Origin: Octopus vulgaris
Taxonomy: Eukaryota
Assembly (NCBI GenBank): GCA_951406725.2
Contig: OX597830.1
Coordinates: 20,150,001 to 20,214,000 of the forward strand
Direction of reading: 5' to 3'
Length of the DNA: 64,000 bases
The notes under the pieces: generated by a model
Database searches by the model: none
Told to the model about the DNA's origin: nothing
The model's input: the letters and a program-made list of their open reading frames with translations, nothing else
Shown here: positions 12,449 through 25,476 of the stretch, one piece after another
Numbering within the stretch: the first letter of the stretch is position 1
How the letters are laid out: each line of letters begins with the position of its first letter
Made by a program: the position numbers and the translations under genes

Positions 12449-13240
12449 GTCATCATTATCGTCATCACGATCAACACAATTACTTCTCCATCACTTATCC
12501 CCGTCTTCCCCACTATTATTATTATAGTTGCCACTACTACAAGTACATCAACCGGTGCAACCAAAAGCAGAAGCCACCCCAGATACTACAGCCCATGCCA
12601 ACCCTATCACACCCACCTCCTCATAACTCTTGCCACTACCACCGCTACCACCAGCACCAGCCACAACACTACTGTTAGTACTACCTACACACTACCACCG
12701 ACACTACTGCTACCACCACTACCACCATAACCATCACCATCACCACCACCAACACCACCTCCACTACCACCATCGTCACCACCACCAGTACCACCAACAC
12801 CACCAACACCACCTCCACTACCGCCATCATCACCATCATCAGTATCATCACCACCTCCACTACCGCCATCATCACCATCATCAGTATCATCACCACCTCC
12901 ACCACCACCACCACCACCACCATCATCATCCGCCTGCAACATCATCTCTACCACAACCATTGCCACTACTACCATCACCACCACCAGTACCACCAACACC
13001 AACACCACCTCTACTACCACCATCATCACCATCACCAGTATCATTACTACCACCACCACCACCACTACCTCCACCATCGCCACCACCACCACCACCACTT
13101 CTACCACAACCATCATCATCCGCCTGCAACATCATCCCTACCACAAGCATTGCCCTCTACAGCCATCAACAGCACCGCCACCACCATTTCTTCACCATCA
13201 TATGACAGAAATAACAACCAAATTACCATCACACCACACC
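11960..13240. repeat. CAG/CAT/CAC low-complexity triplet block with internal duplications
   Basis: Read directly; similar blocks at 23400-25290, 36345-38190 and 46740-47100, and GGT/GAT blocks at 44260-46200 and 51600-53150. Confidence 0.9.
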
Positions 13241-13409
13241 CTACTGTCATAAGTTATGGAGAACCAGCTGGACAACGTGGACCCTCGGCTACAAAGAAAC
13301 GGAATAGTTAGCGCTAGAACACTATTCACCATAGAACCGTTTGACCACGGGGGACCAAGGCTTAAACAACAACACCAACAAAAACAGCAGCAATAATGAA
13401 CCAGTGAGG

Positions 13410-13785
13410 ACTTCTCTACATGGTCAAAAATCTTTCAGAAATAGCAGTCCATCGTTTTGAAAAGGAAGGACACGGGGGATAATGTTGTTTTCTTACGCAA
13501 AATGATGGGATGGCTATGGTTGGAACGCCTCAGATCACGGTTTTGCGCAGTCAAGACCGACTTGCTTTTGATAAATAATAACTAGGAGCCTCTTGGTGAT
13601 CGCTCGATCTGCTAAAAATAACAGCTAAATGTATCTTAAATACGACTCTGTCTTCTTGGAAATAATTCGAGATACGTGTAGATATGATATAACGACAGAA
13701 AGGCGTGATGGGCATGGCTAGAATGGTGTTAATATCATTTGAGTGCTCGTATAGCGATGACCTGGGGCTAAATATAGAAACGAAG
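13410..13785 (+). repeat. Two adjacent diverged copies of a short interspersed repeat
   Basis: AAATAGCAG/AAATAACAG and GATGGCTATGGTTGGAACG/GATGGGCATGGCTAGAATG recur; the ACCTGGGGCTAAA end is related to the inverse at about 58350. Confidence 0.45.
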
Positions 13786-13884
13786 AAAAACAACAATAAC
13801 AACAACACTATCAGCATTACCAATAACAGCAACATGAACAATGAAGCCACCATTGCCGCCGCCGCCGCCACCACCACCACCACT

Positions 13885-13917
<33 letters not shown>

Positions 13918-13942
13918 AGCGGCAGCAACAACAATAACAATA

Positions 13943-13973
<31 letters not shown>

Positions 13974-14016
13974 CAACAACAACAACAACAATAGCAACAA
14001 CAATAGCAACAACAAT

Positions 14017-14050
<34 letters not shown>

Positions 14051-14829
14051 TCGACGATGCCGATGACAACATCATCAACAACAACAACGATAGCAACGAG
14101 GTGCAATTCACTCCAGTAGTTTCCAGATCTGATCTGACAGATAGAAAAGCAATTTATTCGAAGCTGGAAGTAGAATTCCGGTTAGTTTTTCCTTAAGCAA
14201 GTTTATCTGCCCATCATACTGTCATGTTTTATTCCTGTAGGGATCTTGTGCAAGTTAAGTTGGTTTACTGTACTGTTTTCTTAGAAGCTGCCGTTCCTTT
14301 TTGATCTGGAGAAAATGGTGGCCATCAATGGATGTAGGGCATACGGAGATTGACTGAGAAAGGCGATATAATGCGTGTGTGTGTGTGCGTGTGTGTGCGT
14401 GTGTGTGTGTGTACTTACACACATTCACACATATATATATACACATACTGTTATACATGCACTAAACCTTCACTTATCGTTTCTTATCGACGATGTAATA
14501 CCTGACAACTGTTTAGTTGTTTTTCAATGCATTTAGGTAACTCCTCAAAGGTGGGCATCGTCATATATGTGTGTGTGTGGGTGCATGTATGTGCGCACGT
14601 ATATACATCTGCATGTATATAAACAGATAGATACATGCATATGAAGATAAGTACATTCAAGCATATATGTAAATAGTAAGGGATTACTATCATATATGTA
14701 TGTGTGTATATATATATATATAAATGTAAGATCCAAGGATCGAGGTGTAGGAAGAAAGTTAGCTTCAACCAATCAGTAGTAAATATTAAAAAAAAAACAA
14801 CTTTCAGGGACAATAGTGGTTTATTGAGA

Positions 14830-15125
14830 CGGAAGATTGGGGATTTTTTTCGTATTGGAGAACAATAAGCTGAAAAAAAGTTCTTTTCTGTTTAGCGGGA
14901 AGCGGCCAGGGTTGCCGGGCGTGCATATAAGAATATAAGAGTTTACAGAATGGAGTAGGTAAGATCCGAATTACATATGTTTCATGGTGGGCGGAACTTC
15001 AGAAGTGGTAAAAATCCAAGCGAGGTGCATACCGCCGGCTACTCTTCAAGCCAAGGATGTCGTGAATAAATTAAAGGTTATATTGTCGCAAAGAGGTACA
15101 TTTTGAAGCTTGGGTGATCCAACGA
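14830..15125 (+). mobile_element. Possible Penelope-like GIY-YIG C-terminal remnant
   Basis: Degenerate translation ..HMFHGGRNFRS..IVAKRYILKLG resembles the end of PLE endonucleases; heavily decayed. Confidence 0.3.
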
Positions 15126-15269
15126 GAAAGTGTAGAGCACAGCATGAGAGGAGTGTATAAATGTAGGTAGAAATAAGTATTTGAAGAAGGGGAAAAGAGC
15201 GGAAAAGAAAATATTAGGGAGTGAGAGGAAGGAGGAAATTAAGCAAAATATATGTACGTTTGTGTATAT

Positions 15270-15508
15270 GTTTGTGTGTCTTTGTCCCCCAACATCGCTT
15301 GACAACCGATGCTTGTGTGTTTACGTCCCCGTAACTTAGCGTTTCGGCAAAAGAGACCGATAGCATATATATATATATATATACATATATATATGACGGG
15401 TTTCTTTCAGGTTCCGTCTACCAAATCCACTCACAAAGCTTTGGTCGGCCCAAAGCTATAGTAGAAGACACTTGCCCAAGGTGCCACGCAGTGAGACTGA
15501 ACCCGGGT
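15270..15508. mobile_element. SINE family A with an inverted internal segment
   Basis: 15270-15363 is family A body on the + strand; 15365-15508 is the family A 5' half on the - strand. Confidence 0.8.
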
Positions 15509-15535
15509 TCCATTTTTGTATTTATATATATAATA

Positions 15536-16689
15536 CTAGCATTAAAGACCCGTCGTTGCCGGGTCATAGTGCTAGTGCATGTATATATATGTATATATAT
15601 GTGTACATATTACACGTACATCTATATATATATATATACATCTACACATAAAATACAAAATACAAAGTTATATCTTGATATCGCTAGTGATAACAATACT
15701 CAAAATATATAACTGACTGGAATTGTTAGCCCGTCTCTTGTAATTTCGATCAATTGTATCTTGTCCTCCCTCTTGTATAGAAGTATGGCTACAATCCAGC
15801 TTACATCTACTTCGGGGGGAAGGGCATTTAAAATTTTTTCCGGGACGTCCTACATCCCAGATATAAAGGTAAAAATAAAATATTTCCACTTTGCAAGTTC
15901 GAGTCGAGTACTCCCTTGCACGCTCCGTTGACTCGAACCTTGCTTCTATTGTGGCGAATTTACCGCTTCTGATTAAATACCTTTCATAGATTAGGTACCT
16001 TTCAAATCTTCTTTTTTCTCTACATTGTATATTTTATAGACAATAGTCTTTTCTTTAATTTAGTTTTTTATTATCCATCTGGACTATTCCATTTCTGCAC
16101 GCTAATTTTATTTTTAATTTATTCCCATTCATGTGAAACCACTTATTCAAGTTCAAGTCATTGATGCAATTTTATACCAATTGCTATTTTTACTTTTGTT
16201 ATGTTACTTTAGTTTGATTTTAATTATTACTTACTACATATAATTCAATTGTTATTATTATTTTTATTGTTAAAGTGAAAGTATCTGACATAAAATAGAG
16301 AAACGTTTTTGTTTCACTTTTAACAGGTAATACTGAAATAGTGGAGAAGATATGATATTGCTATGGGCTCGCTCTAGGCAAGGAGTTGAACATTTCTTTT
16401 GCCCATGAAACTACATGGACCCTAAGTAAGGCATGTGTAAAATTTGAATGGAATTGGTTGTGTAGTTCTCAAGTTTTAGGGAATCGTAGTGGAGAAGATA
16501 TGATATTGCTATGGGCTCGCCCTAGGCAAAAAGTTAAAAAAAATTTTGTCGATGACACTCCCCGGACCCTAAGTAAGGCATGTGTAAAATTTGAATGAAA
16601 TTGGTTGTGTAGTTTTTAAGTTTTAGGGAAACACAGACAGACAGACAGACACACACACACACACATTCTCAGTTTTATATATATAAAGA
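15536..16689 (-). mobile_element. Non-autonomous Helitron with an internal 148-bp tandem repeat
   Basis: Minus strand reads A|TCTTTATATATATAAAA ... hairpin ACCCGGCAACGACGGGT ... CTAG|T; repeat units start at 16341 and 16489. Confidence 0.8.
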
Positions 16690-16989
16690 TTGTAGCGGTG
16701 TACCTACACTTTGGTCTCTTATATGTAAGTATAAGTATATATCTAAATTTTGTATGACTATTAATATTTCTATTCTTTCATTCTTTCCGGCTTTCTATCA
16801 GCCCATTCGCACTTATTTCGTTCATTCCACTCATCGTTATTTCGTTCCCCCTCTCTCACATTTCCTGGCCTTCTCTTCATGCTCACCTTCCCCCCTCTTT
16901 TACTTCCCTCTGTCCCTTTCATTTTTTTTGCCCTTCCATAATTCTTCTATCCGTCTGCCTCTACTTCTCTCTTCTCTCCCCACGTGACC

Positions 16990-17428
16990 GTGTTCAACCA
17001 AGCCTGACTTTCTTTCTTGGTTCGACTACCATCCGAGTAACATCTATATTCCACCCTGTGCCGGTCAAATCCTATGTTCCTGCTGTAAGGCTTTACTTCC
17101 ACACACGCCAGTTTAATTGAATTCGTCCTTAGTCGAAAGACACCCGTTGTTAATATCCTGTTAGTTGTATTTGTGTACCATTTCTCCGCTTTTTCCTCGT
17201 CCTTGTTGGCGTATACATTCGCTGTTTTCTTCCAAGAAATCTAGTGCTCTTAGTTTAGTTTTGCCTTGGAGTTGGGCCAGATTGAAGCAATCCCGAGTAT
17301 AACCAGCCGAAATTGCAAAGATAATCTGGAACTCAACTGAGGAAAGAAAACTCTGAATGACCCGTCCTTGTTTTATTTGTATCGTCTGTCTGGATGTTTT
17401 GCGTTCTTGTCCCATTTTTGTGTGTGTT

Positions 17429-17478
<50 letters not shown>

Positions 17479-18030
17479 TACATATAGATAGATAGATGGA
17501 TAAAACTTACTTGGAAATGGATACGTGGCGTTCAATCATAAAATAATATAAATAATATATAAATATATATGCATATATACACACATATATGTACATACAT
17601 ATATATGTATATATATGTATATATACATATATATATGGTCACAGTACACCATAGAAGTAAACAACATGAAATACGAGATACGAAACCATGGAATGCGCAC
17701 TTTTTTGTGAACAACAAAAGAAATAATTGGAAAACAAGACAAGCAACATACAAAAACGACCCTTCATCAGTTGTCGGCTGTTTGACTACTTTGTATTTCG
17801 AGCAATTAACAACAAGCAAATTAAATAAAATTTGAGATTTTGCGGAGGGTCAAAGTTGGTAACAGAAACAGGACAGTGAAAACACACAGGAAGAGCTATT
17901 AAGCCTGAATGAGACGAGTTGGTGAACACAGAGGAACAAGCTCTGACAGGAGACAGACAAGAATGCGTCTTACCCCTGCGGCTGATCAGAAAGAAAGAAA
18001 TTGAAGTTAGGAAAAGGAAGATGGCCGATG
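16990..18030. repeat. Short TA-flanked repeats, probably Penelope pLTR-derived (about 16990-17420 and 17636-18030)
   Basis: Both abut (TA)n and carry relic CTGAnGA/CGAAA motifs; 17636-17705 resembles 49189-49270. Confidence 0.4.
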
Positions 18031-18232
18031 CTCTCTCTCTTTCCCTCTCTCTCTCTTTATATATATATATATATATATATTGAGAGAGAGAGGGAGGGAG
18101 GGAAGAAAGAGGAAGAGAGAGAGGAAGAGGGAGGAGAGTGAAAGATGTCTGTATGCATGTACGTATGTATGTATTGGTACGTTCGATGTTACAAAAGGTC
18201 GAATGTGAACTCAATACGTACAGTAGAGTACA

Positions 18233-18517
18233 TACAGACTGTCAATAAAGAATGTACACACACTTAAACAGCAGATAACTCATTCCATTTTCATTTCTTT
18301 TTAGATTTAACCCATTAGAAACGACGAAGAGAATCAGACTAAGCTTTAGACAAAGAAGATTTGTCTTAGAACGCTTCTGGAAATTTCAAAACTCCGTCGA
18401 AATGCAAAGAAAGTTCAAGAGATATTTTCAAACGGATCCATCAGTCGAATTAGAGATAAGTTCGAAGCAGAACTGATCAGAATGTATTAGAAACATTCCG
18501 GACAACCGCGGACATCG
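18233..18517 (+). mobile_element. 5' end of a Tc1/mariner (rosa/DD41D-like) element
   Basis: TA|CAGACTGTCAATAAAG TIR-like start; RLSFRQRRFVLERFWKFQNSVEMQRKFKRYFQTDP..RIRDKFEA..HSGQPRTS resembles the DUF4817-type HTH. Confidence 0.7.
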
Positions 18518-18773
18518 TTGGGGGAAAACATTTATCACTACCTGTTGTTACTAAATTCATCATGTCTTGGTGACAGTGGTAGTGGTGCTGATGATGATGG
18601 TGGTGGTGATTGTGGTTGCGATAGTAGTGATGGTAGTGACCATATAAACGCTGTTGGTGGTTATAGTATGGGGAGTGTTGATGCAGTAATTCTTCCTACT
18701 TAAGGCACAAGGCCTGAAATTTTTTTGCGGGAGGGGGGCAGCTAATCAATTACATGCCACCCACCACCCCGAA

Positions 18774-18890
<117 letters not shown>

Positions 18891-18903
18891 ATTATTATTA
18901 TTA

Positions 18904-18977
<74 letters not shown>

Positions 18978-18981
18978 TTTA

Positions 18982-19200
18982 AGGCGGCGAGCTGGCAGAA
19001 TCGTTAGCACGCCGGGCAAAATCCTTAACGGCATTTCGTCCGCCTTTGCGTTCTGAGTTCAAATTTATGCTGAGATCGACTTTGCTTTTTCATCTCTTTC
19101 GAGGTCGATAAAATAAGTACCAGTTGAATACTGGAGTCGATATATAATCAACTTACCCATTGCCCCGAATTTCAGGCCCTGTTTCAGACTTTGAAACCAA
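18982..19200 (+). mobile_element. SINE family B following an (ATT)n tract (18774-18975)
   Basis: GGCGGCGAGCTGGCAGAATCGTTAGCACG head and B core. Confidence 0.85.
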
Positions 19201-19444
19201 TATGACCTTTTTTCAAAGTCGTGGATGGTGGAAGTGATAGTCGCGTTAGAGAAAGTTGTGGTGTTTGTTGGTGTGGTTGTTGTTGTGAAAGTGGCTGGAG
19301 GAGGAAATGGTTGGCTGAAAGAAGAGTTCTACATTTCAGTTTCACTCTGATGTTAAGGCTACACTGAATTACTCTTAATACGTAACGACATTTCCACTTT
19401 CAAGGACTGATCTTCATTTGCCAAACTTACACTGCACATTGTTT

Positions 19445-19479
<35 letters not shown>

Positions 19480-19498
19480 GTGAGTGTGTGCGTGTGTC

Positions 19499-19531
<33 letters not shown>

Positions 19532-19709
19532 CTGTGTGTGTTTGTGTGTGTGTATATATATATATATACATACATACATATATATGTATATATATATATA
19601 TATATATGTGTGTGTGAATATATATATATGAATATATATGTATGTATGCATGCTTGTATGTATCTATGCATATTATATATATGTATGTATATGCATATAT
19701 CTATGCTTG

Positions 19710-19760
<51 letters not shown>

Positions 19761-20955
19761 ATAATATTATATATATATTTATACCTACGTGTACATATAT
19801 GTTCTCTGCCTCTCCATGTGTACATACATACAAATATATATATATATATTCAAGCACACGCACATATATATGTATACAGACACACATACACACATCCATA
19901 TAGTGTTTATATGCAATGTCATACGCATACAAATGCGTATAACAAATACATGGCTACACATTAACGACATACAACGTGAAACCACGAAAAACAAGACCAG
20001 CAACGAACAACAAGAACGCAAAATAACAAAACAAAAATATTTTCAATAAAGAAATGAAAAAAAGTAATAATAATACAAAACAAAATATATCTACCAAGTA
20101 AATCTGTGTAGTGTTATAAATCTTGTTGTTTTATCCGAAAGAAGCAAGCATCGGAATGTCCCCTCACCAGGGAACTTTGCAGAAGGAAATGTTGACATAT
20201 GGGTTAAAGCAACGGACCAACAACAATCCAAAATAACATACAATACGTTAAAGAATCATAAGCAAATCGCTCGTAGGTAATCCTCTCTTTCACTCACTCT
20301 CTCTCTGTCAACCCATCTCTGGCTTCCCTTCACTCAATCTCCCCCGCGCTGTCTCTGTCTATCTGTCTGTCCATCTCTCTCTCTCTGTCTCTCTTTGTCA
20401 CCCGCCTCTCTCTCATTCTGTCGTTCTACTTCAAGCTCTCTCTTTCTCTCTCTTGTTCACTTTCTGTCTGCCTGTCGGACTGTCTATCTCTGCTTTCTGA
20501 AGATAAAATGGAATAAGATTAGAGGATTCCGGGGGTTAAAACACATAAAACATATATTACACAGAAATATCGTTCTGTCTTACTCCCTGTCATACTTATT
20601 TATCACTCTTTTCAATTCCTTCTTTATTTCTTTATTTCCTTCCACCTTCCTTTCTTTCCTTCTTTCTTGCTATCTTTTTTTTCTTTCTTTCTTTCTATCT
20701 TTCTTTCTTCCCTTCTTTCTTGCCATCTTTCTTTTTTGCTATCTTTCTTTCTTTCATTCACTCATTCTGTTTTTCTTTCTTTGTCTTTCTTTCACTCTTT
20801 CATTCTTTCTTTCCTTCTTTCTTTCTTTCTTTCATTCGTTCTTTCTGTATATGTATATATGTGTGAATGCATGTGTATGCGCGCATATGTATGTATGATT
20901 ATGTATGTATGTATGTATGTATGTATGTATGTATGTATGTATGTATGTATGTATG

Positions 20956-21112
<157 letters not shown>

Positions 21113-21129
21113 TTATCTGTCTGTCTGTC

Positions 21130-21385
21130 TGACTGGGACGTAATAGATAACTTTAGGCCCATCACTCTGCTTGATGTCGGCTTGAAGATTTTGGCCAAGG
21201 TGTTAGCCAAGAGGTTGGCGTTTGTCATCGAGAAACTGGTCGACAAGGCGCAAACGTGCCGTGCCGGAGCATCCATGACAAGCTCCATCTGATGCGCTAA
21301 ATCATAGACAGGGTAGTTAAGGAACCTGGCATGGGTGGGGCCCTGATCAATTTGGATCAATCGAAAGCATTTGATAAGGTAGACC

Positions 21386-21387
<2 letters not shown>
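21130..21387 (+). mobile_element. Tx1/L1-clade reverse transcriptase fragment
   Basis: DNFRPITLLDVGLKILAKVLAKRL..LVDKAQTC and GGALINLDQSKAFDKVDH (RT domains 1-3). Confidence 0.9.
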
Positions 21388-21471
<84 letters not shown>

Positions 21472-21555
21472 CTATCTATCTGTCTGTCTATCTATCTATC
21501 TATCTATCTATTTATCTATCTATCTATCTTTTTATCCATTTATTTATCCATTTAT

Positions 21556-21643
<88 letters not shown>

Positions 21644-21719
21644 GTATGTACGTACGTATGCATATCTGTGAGCATGTATGTGTATTCGTGTTTATATATG
21701 TGTGTAAATATATGAATGT

Positions 21720-21940
21720 GTGACTTTGTGTCTGTGTTTGTCCTTCCTGCAGCCGCTTAGCAACCGGTGCTGAATTGTTTGCGTTCCCATAACTTAGCTG
21801 TTGAGCAAAATAGTGCGATGGAATAAATATGAGACCTAAAAAGACATAAGTACTGAAGTCGATTTCTTCCACTTAAACCCTTCGAGGTGGTGCTGAAGTA
21901 TGGCCACAGTCCAATGGTTGAAACAATTAAAGCATAAAAG
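21720..21940 (+). mobile_element. SINE family A, 3' half
   Basis: Diverged match to the family A body and tail. Confidence 0.65.
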
Positions 21941-22076
21941 ATATTTGTCACTCAAGTCTTATGATATTCCTTCCTCTTTGACACAAATGGAAACCAACAG
22001 CACGAACCATCTGGGTTGATGCTTGTACACATGTATGCATGTAAGTGTTTGGTCACCGAAAACAATAATATATCCA

Positions 22077-22372
22077 AGCACATGGCTTAGTGGTTAGAGC
22101 AGCGGACTCGCGATCGAGAGATCGCGGGTTCGAATCTCAAACCGGGCGATGTGTGTGTTTATGAGCGAAACACCGAAGCTCCACGTGGCTCCGGCAGAAG
22201 GTAATGGCGAACGTCTGCTGGCTCTTTCGCCACAACTTTCTCTCACCCTTTCCTCCTGCATCTTGCGCCTCACCTGTGACAGACCGGCGTCCCGTCCAGG
22301 TGGGGAACCTATACGCCAAGGAAACCGGGAAAACGGCCCTTAAGAGCCAGGCATGGCTCGAGAAGGAACAAA
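22077..22372 (+). mobile_element. SINE family C
   Basis: TGGCTTAGTGG A box and GGTTCGAATC B box; homologous to 2020-2325. Confidence 0.88.
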
Positions 22373-22892
22373 CATAATTACCAACACAGGAACATGTATC
22401 ATGCATCAAAATGAAGCTGGTCCTCTGTGTATCACACCCTACTTCTCAACATAGTTACTGTTTCTCTCAATAGCAGTGTTCCACCTTCGAATGAGAGTAT
22501 GTATCTATGCCCCGTAAAATACTGTTGACTGTTCTTTGGGCCACTTCATCACTACAGTTCTTCGTCACTGGAATAAGTTAGCGCCTTTAGACTATCATCT
22601 CTTCGGCCCCACGAAAGAGGGCTTGAGAGGCAAACATTATTCCAGTAACGAGGAAATGAAAACTGTAGTGAAGACGTCACTCAAAGAACAGTCAACAGAA
22701 TTTTACGGGGCAGGGATACATGCTCTCGTTCGAAGGTGAAACATTGCTATTGAGAGAAACGATGACTATGTTCAGAAGTAGGGATGGGATCCACAGAAGA
22801 CCATCTTCATATTGATGTATGATACATACTTCTGTGTTGGTAATTATGCATGTCCTAAACAAAATGGCATTACTTTTTGACTCACCCTCGTA
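22373..22892 (+). mobile_element. Mariner-derived fold-back MITE
   Basis: LAPLDYHLFGPTKEGLRGKHYSSNEEMK..EFYGAGIHALVRR (mariner C-terminus); TIR ..TTTTTGACTCACCCTCG|TA; 22373-22575 is the inverse of 22637-22848. Confidence 0.88.
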
Positions 22893-23018
22893 TTTATTTT
22901 AATGTATGTCACTCTAGCGATTTTCACGTGTCTTTGTGTTCACATAATTTTGTTTTTTAATATATCCGTGAAATCATATATAGGTGGCAGCACCAACAGT
23001 CACCAGTCAAAATTTCCC

Positions 23019-23100
<82 letters not shown>

Positions 23101-23116
23101 GCGTGTGTGTGCATGC

Positions 23117-23154
<38 letters not shown>

Positions 23155-23273
23155 GTTCACACCGCATATACCTATATGCATACATTCATATCGACATACA
23201 CACATATATACGTATATGTGGATGTATTCGTGTGAATACAAGCATGCATTTATACATATTTGTATATGCATGT

Positions 23274-23309
<36 letters not shown>

Positions 23310-23437
23310 GCATACATACTCACACACAACATGCACAACACACACACACTAATAGACACACACTCACACACATTTAACTTCTGACTTCCACATTCGGTTA
23401 ATTTTTTACCACCACCACTACTAGTACTACTACTACC

Positions 23438-23519
<82 letters not shown>

Positions 23520-23617
23520 TTTTTAGTGCTTGTGGTAGTAAAAGGGATTATTATTACCGTTGGTATTATTATTATTATTATTATTATTACTAATTATCAT
23601 TATTATTATTATTACTA

Positions 23618-23652
<35 letters not shown>

Positions 23653-23655
23653 CAT

Positions 23656-23690
<35 letters not shown>

Positions 23691-25107
23691 CCCCACCCCC
23701 TCACCTACTAAATTGTTCCCCCCTCAGACTCAACTAAGTGTTATCCCTCCCTTCGTTTATTCCAGTCGGTTCTTTCTACCCATTTTTAATTACAATTATC
23801 GAACCTGGCAAAAATTGATACAGGAGTGGAGGTGGGGTGTGAGGTGAGGTGCGGCGGAATGTGGCAGCGGTGTGTTGACGGAGTGGGGGTCATGGAGCCG
23901 GGGTGGGGGTGGAACAGATATTTCGGTTGGGGGAGGGGTAAGGTTAGGGTAAGGGTGAGTATACCGAAACAAACCGGAAAAGATGGCAAATCGAGATATG
24001 TGTTGTTTGTAGCAACCAACAAACCAACATCAAAGTCGTATATCAACACCACCACCACCACCACCACCGCCAATACCACCACCACCACCACCACCACTGC
24101 CGGCACCACCATCACCACCACTGCCGGCACCACCAGCACCACCACCACCACCAACACAACCACCATACCACCGCCATCACCACCATCATCATTATCCCCA
24201 CCATCACTACCACCCCATCACCGCCACCACCCCCTACCACCACATAACCCCCTACCACCACACCACACCACCGCCACCACCGCCACCACCACTACCAGCA
24301 TCATCTCTACTACCATTACCATTACTACAAGCACCACAACCACCACCATCAGCAGCATCACCAGCACCACCGGCACTACCACCACCAATACAACCACCAT
24401 ACAACCACCATCACCACCATCATCATTATCCCCACCATCACTACCACACCATCACCGCCACCACCCCTACCACCACACCACCATCACCACCACACCACCA
24501 TCACCACCACACCACCATCACCACCACACCACCATCACCACCACACCACCATCACCACCACACCACCACCACCACCACACCACCTTCACCACCACACCAC
24601 CATCACCACCACTACCAACATTATCTCTACTACCATTAACATTACTACAAACACCACAACCACCACCATCACTATCACCCCAACACCACCACCACCACCA
24701 CCATCACATCCACTACTATCAACACCATTATCACCACCAGTGCCACAGTCTCTACAACTGCCACTACGACCACTACTACAACCGTTACCAATATTCCGAT
24801 TACCATTTAAGCAACTATTGCCATCACAGTAGCTATAGGAATCATAGTCACACCTCTACCGAGATTATAAACCATCAACGTCGACGCCGCCAATACCACC
24901 ATGACCGCCACCACCAACAACAACACTATTGTCACTACTACCACCATCATCAACAGTACCAGTACTACCACCATAACGTCACCTACCACACCATCAGAGC
25001 CACAACCACCACAACTATCACTAACACCACCACCATCCCGACCACCACCTCCAAGACAACTAGAATATCCTCCACAGCATTTCCACAGCCACAAAACCAC
25101 AAAGAGC

Positions 25108-25161
<54 letters not shown>

Positions 25162-25236
25162 GGTGTGGTGGTGGTGGTGGTGGTGGTGGTGGTGGTAGTA
25201 GTAGTAGTGGTGGTGGTGGTGGTGGTGGTGGTGGTG

Positions 25237-25288
<52 letters not shown>

Positions 25289-25476
25289 CTTCTTTATCTC
25301 TCCAATGAACCGAAACCAATCACCTACACCCGACTGCCGTCCACATACCACCCGGATCATATCATAATACCAAATCGAACCAGACAGGACTGAATGAGGA
25401 AACATTGATGATGGATCTAACAAAAATATTTATCTGTCTCCACCCACCCACCCAGTTGCACCCGACTTCCACCTCT

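Noticed and set aside
13705-14196. PolyN ORF ending ..EVQFTPVVSRSDLTDRKAIYSKLEVEFR with a GTTAGT donor
   Set aside because: Starts inside a repeat, is mostly AAC microsatellite, and has no acceptor or recognisable homology.
17335-17805. Further hammerhead-like words (CTGAGGA..GAAT at 17338; CTCGAAA..CTGATGA on the - strand at 17760-17803)
   Set aside because: Cannot be folded with a valid GAAA, stem III and NUH; relics at best.
22077-22150. tRNA genes
   Set aside because: A/B-box heads continue into SINE bodies, with TSDs in some copies; no complete cloverleaf or terminator.
23928-23960. Telomere-like GGTTAGGGTAAGGG
   Set aside because: A single TTAGGG within G-rich low-complexity sequence.
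23826-25112. 428-aa T/P/H-rich ORF, and similar long ORFs at 33415-34362, 51662-52696 and 37685-38218
   Set aside because: Translations of triplet low-complexity DNA that lacks stops by composition; no domain, with overlapping ORFs in several frames.
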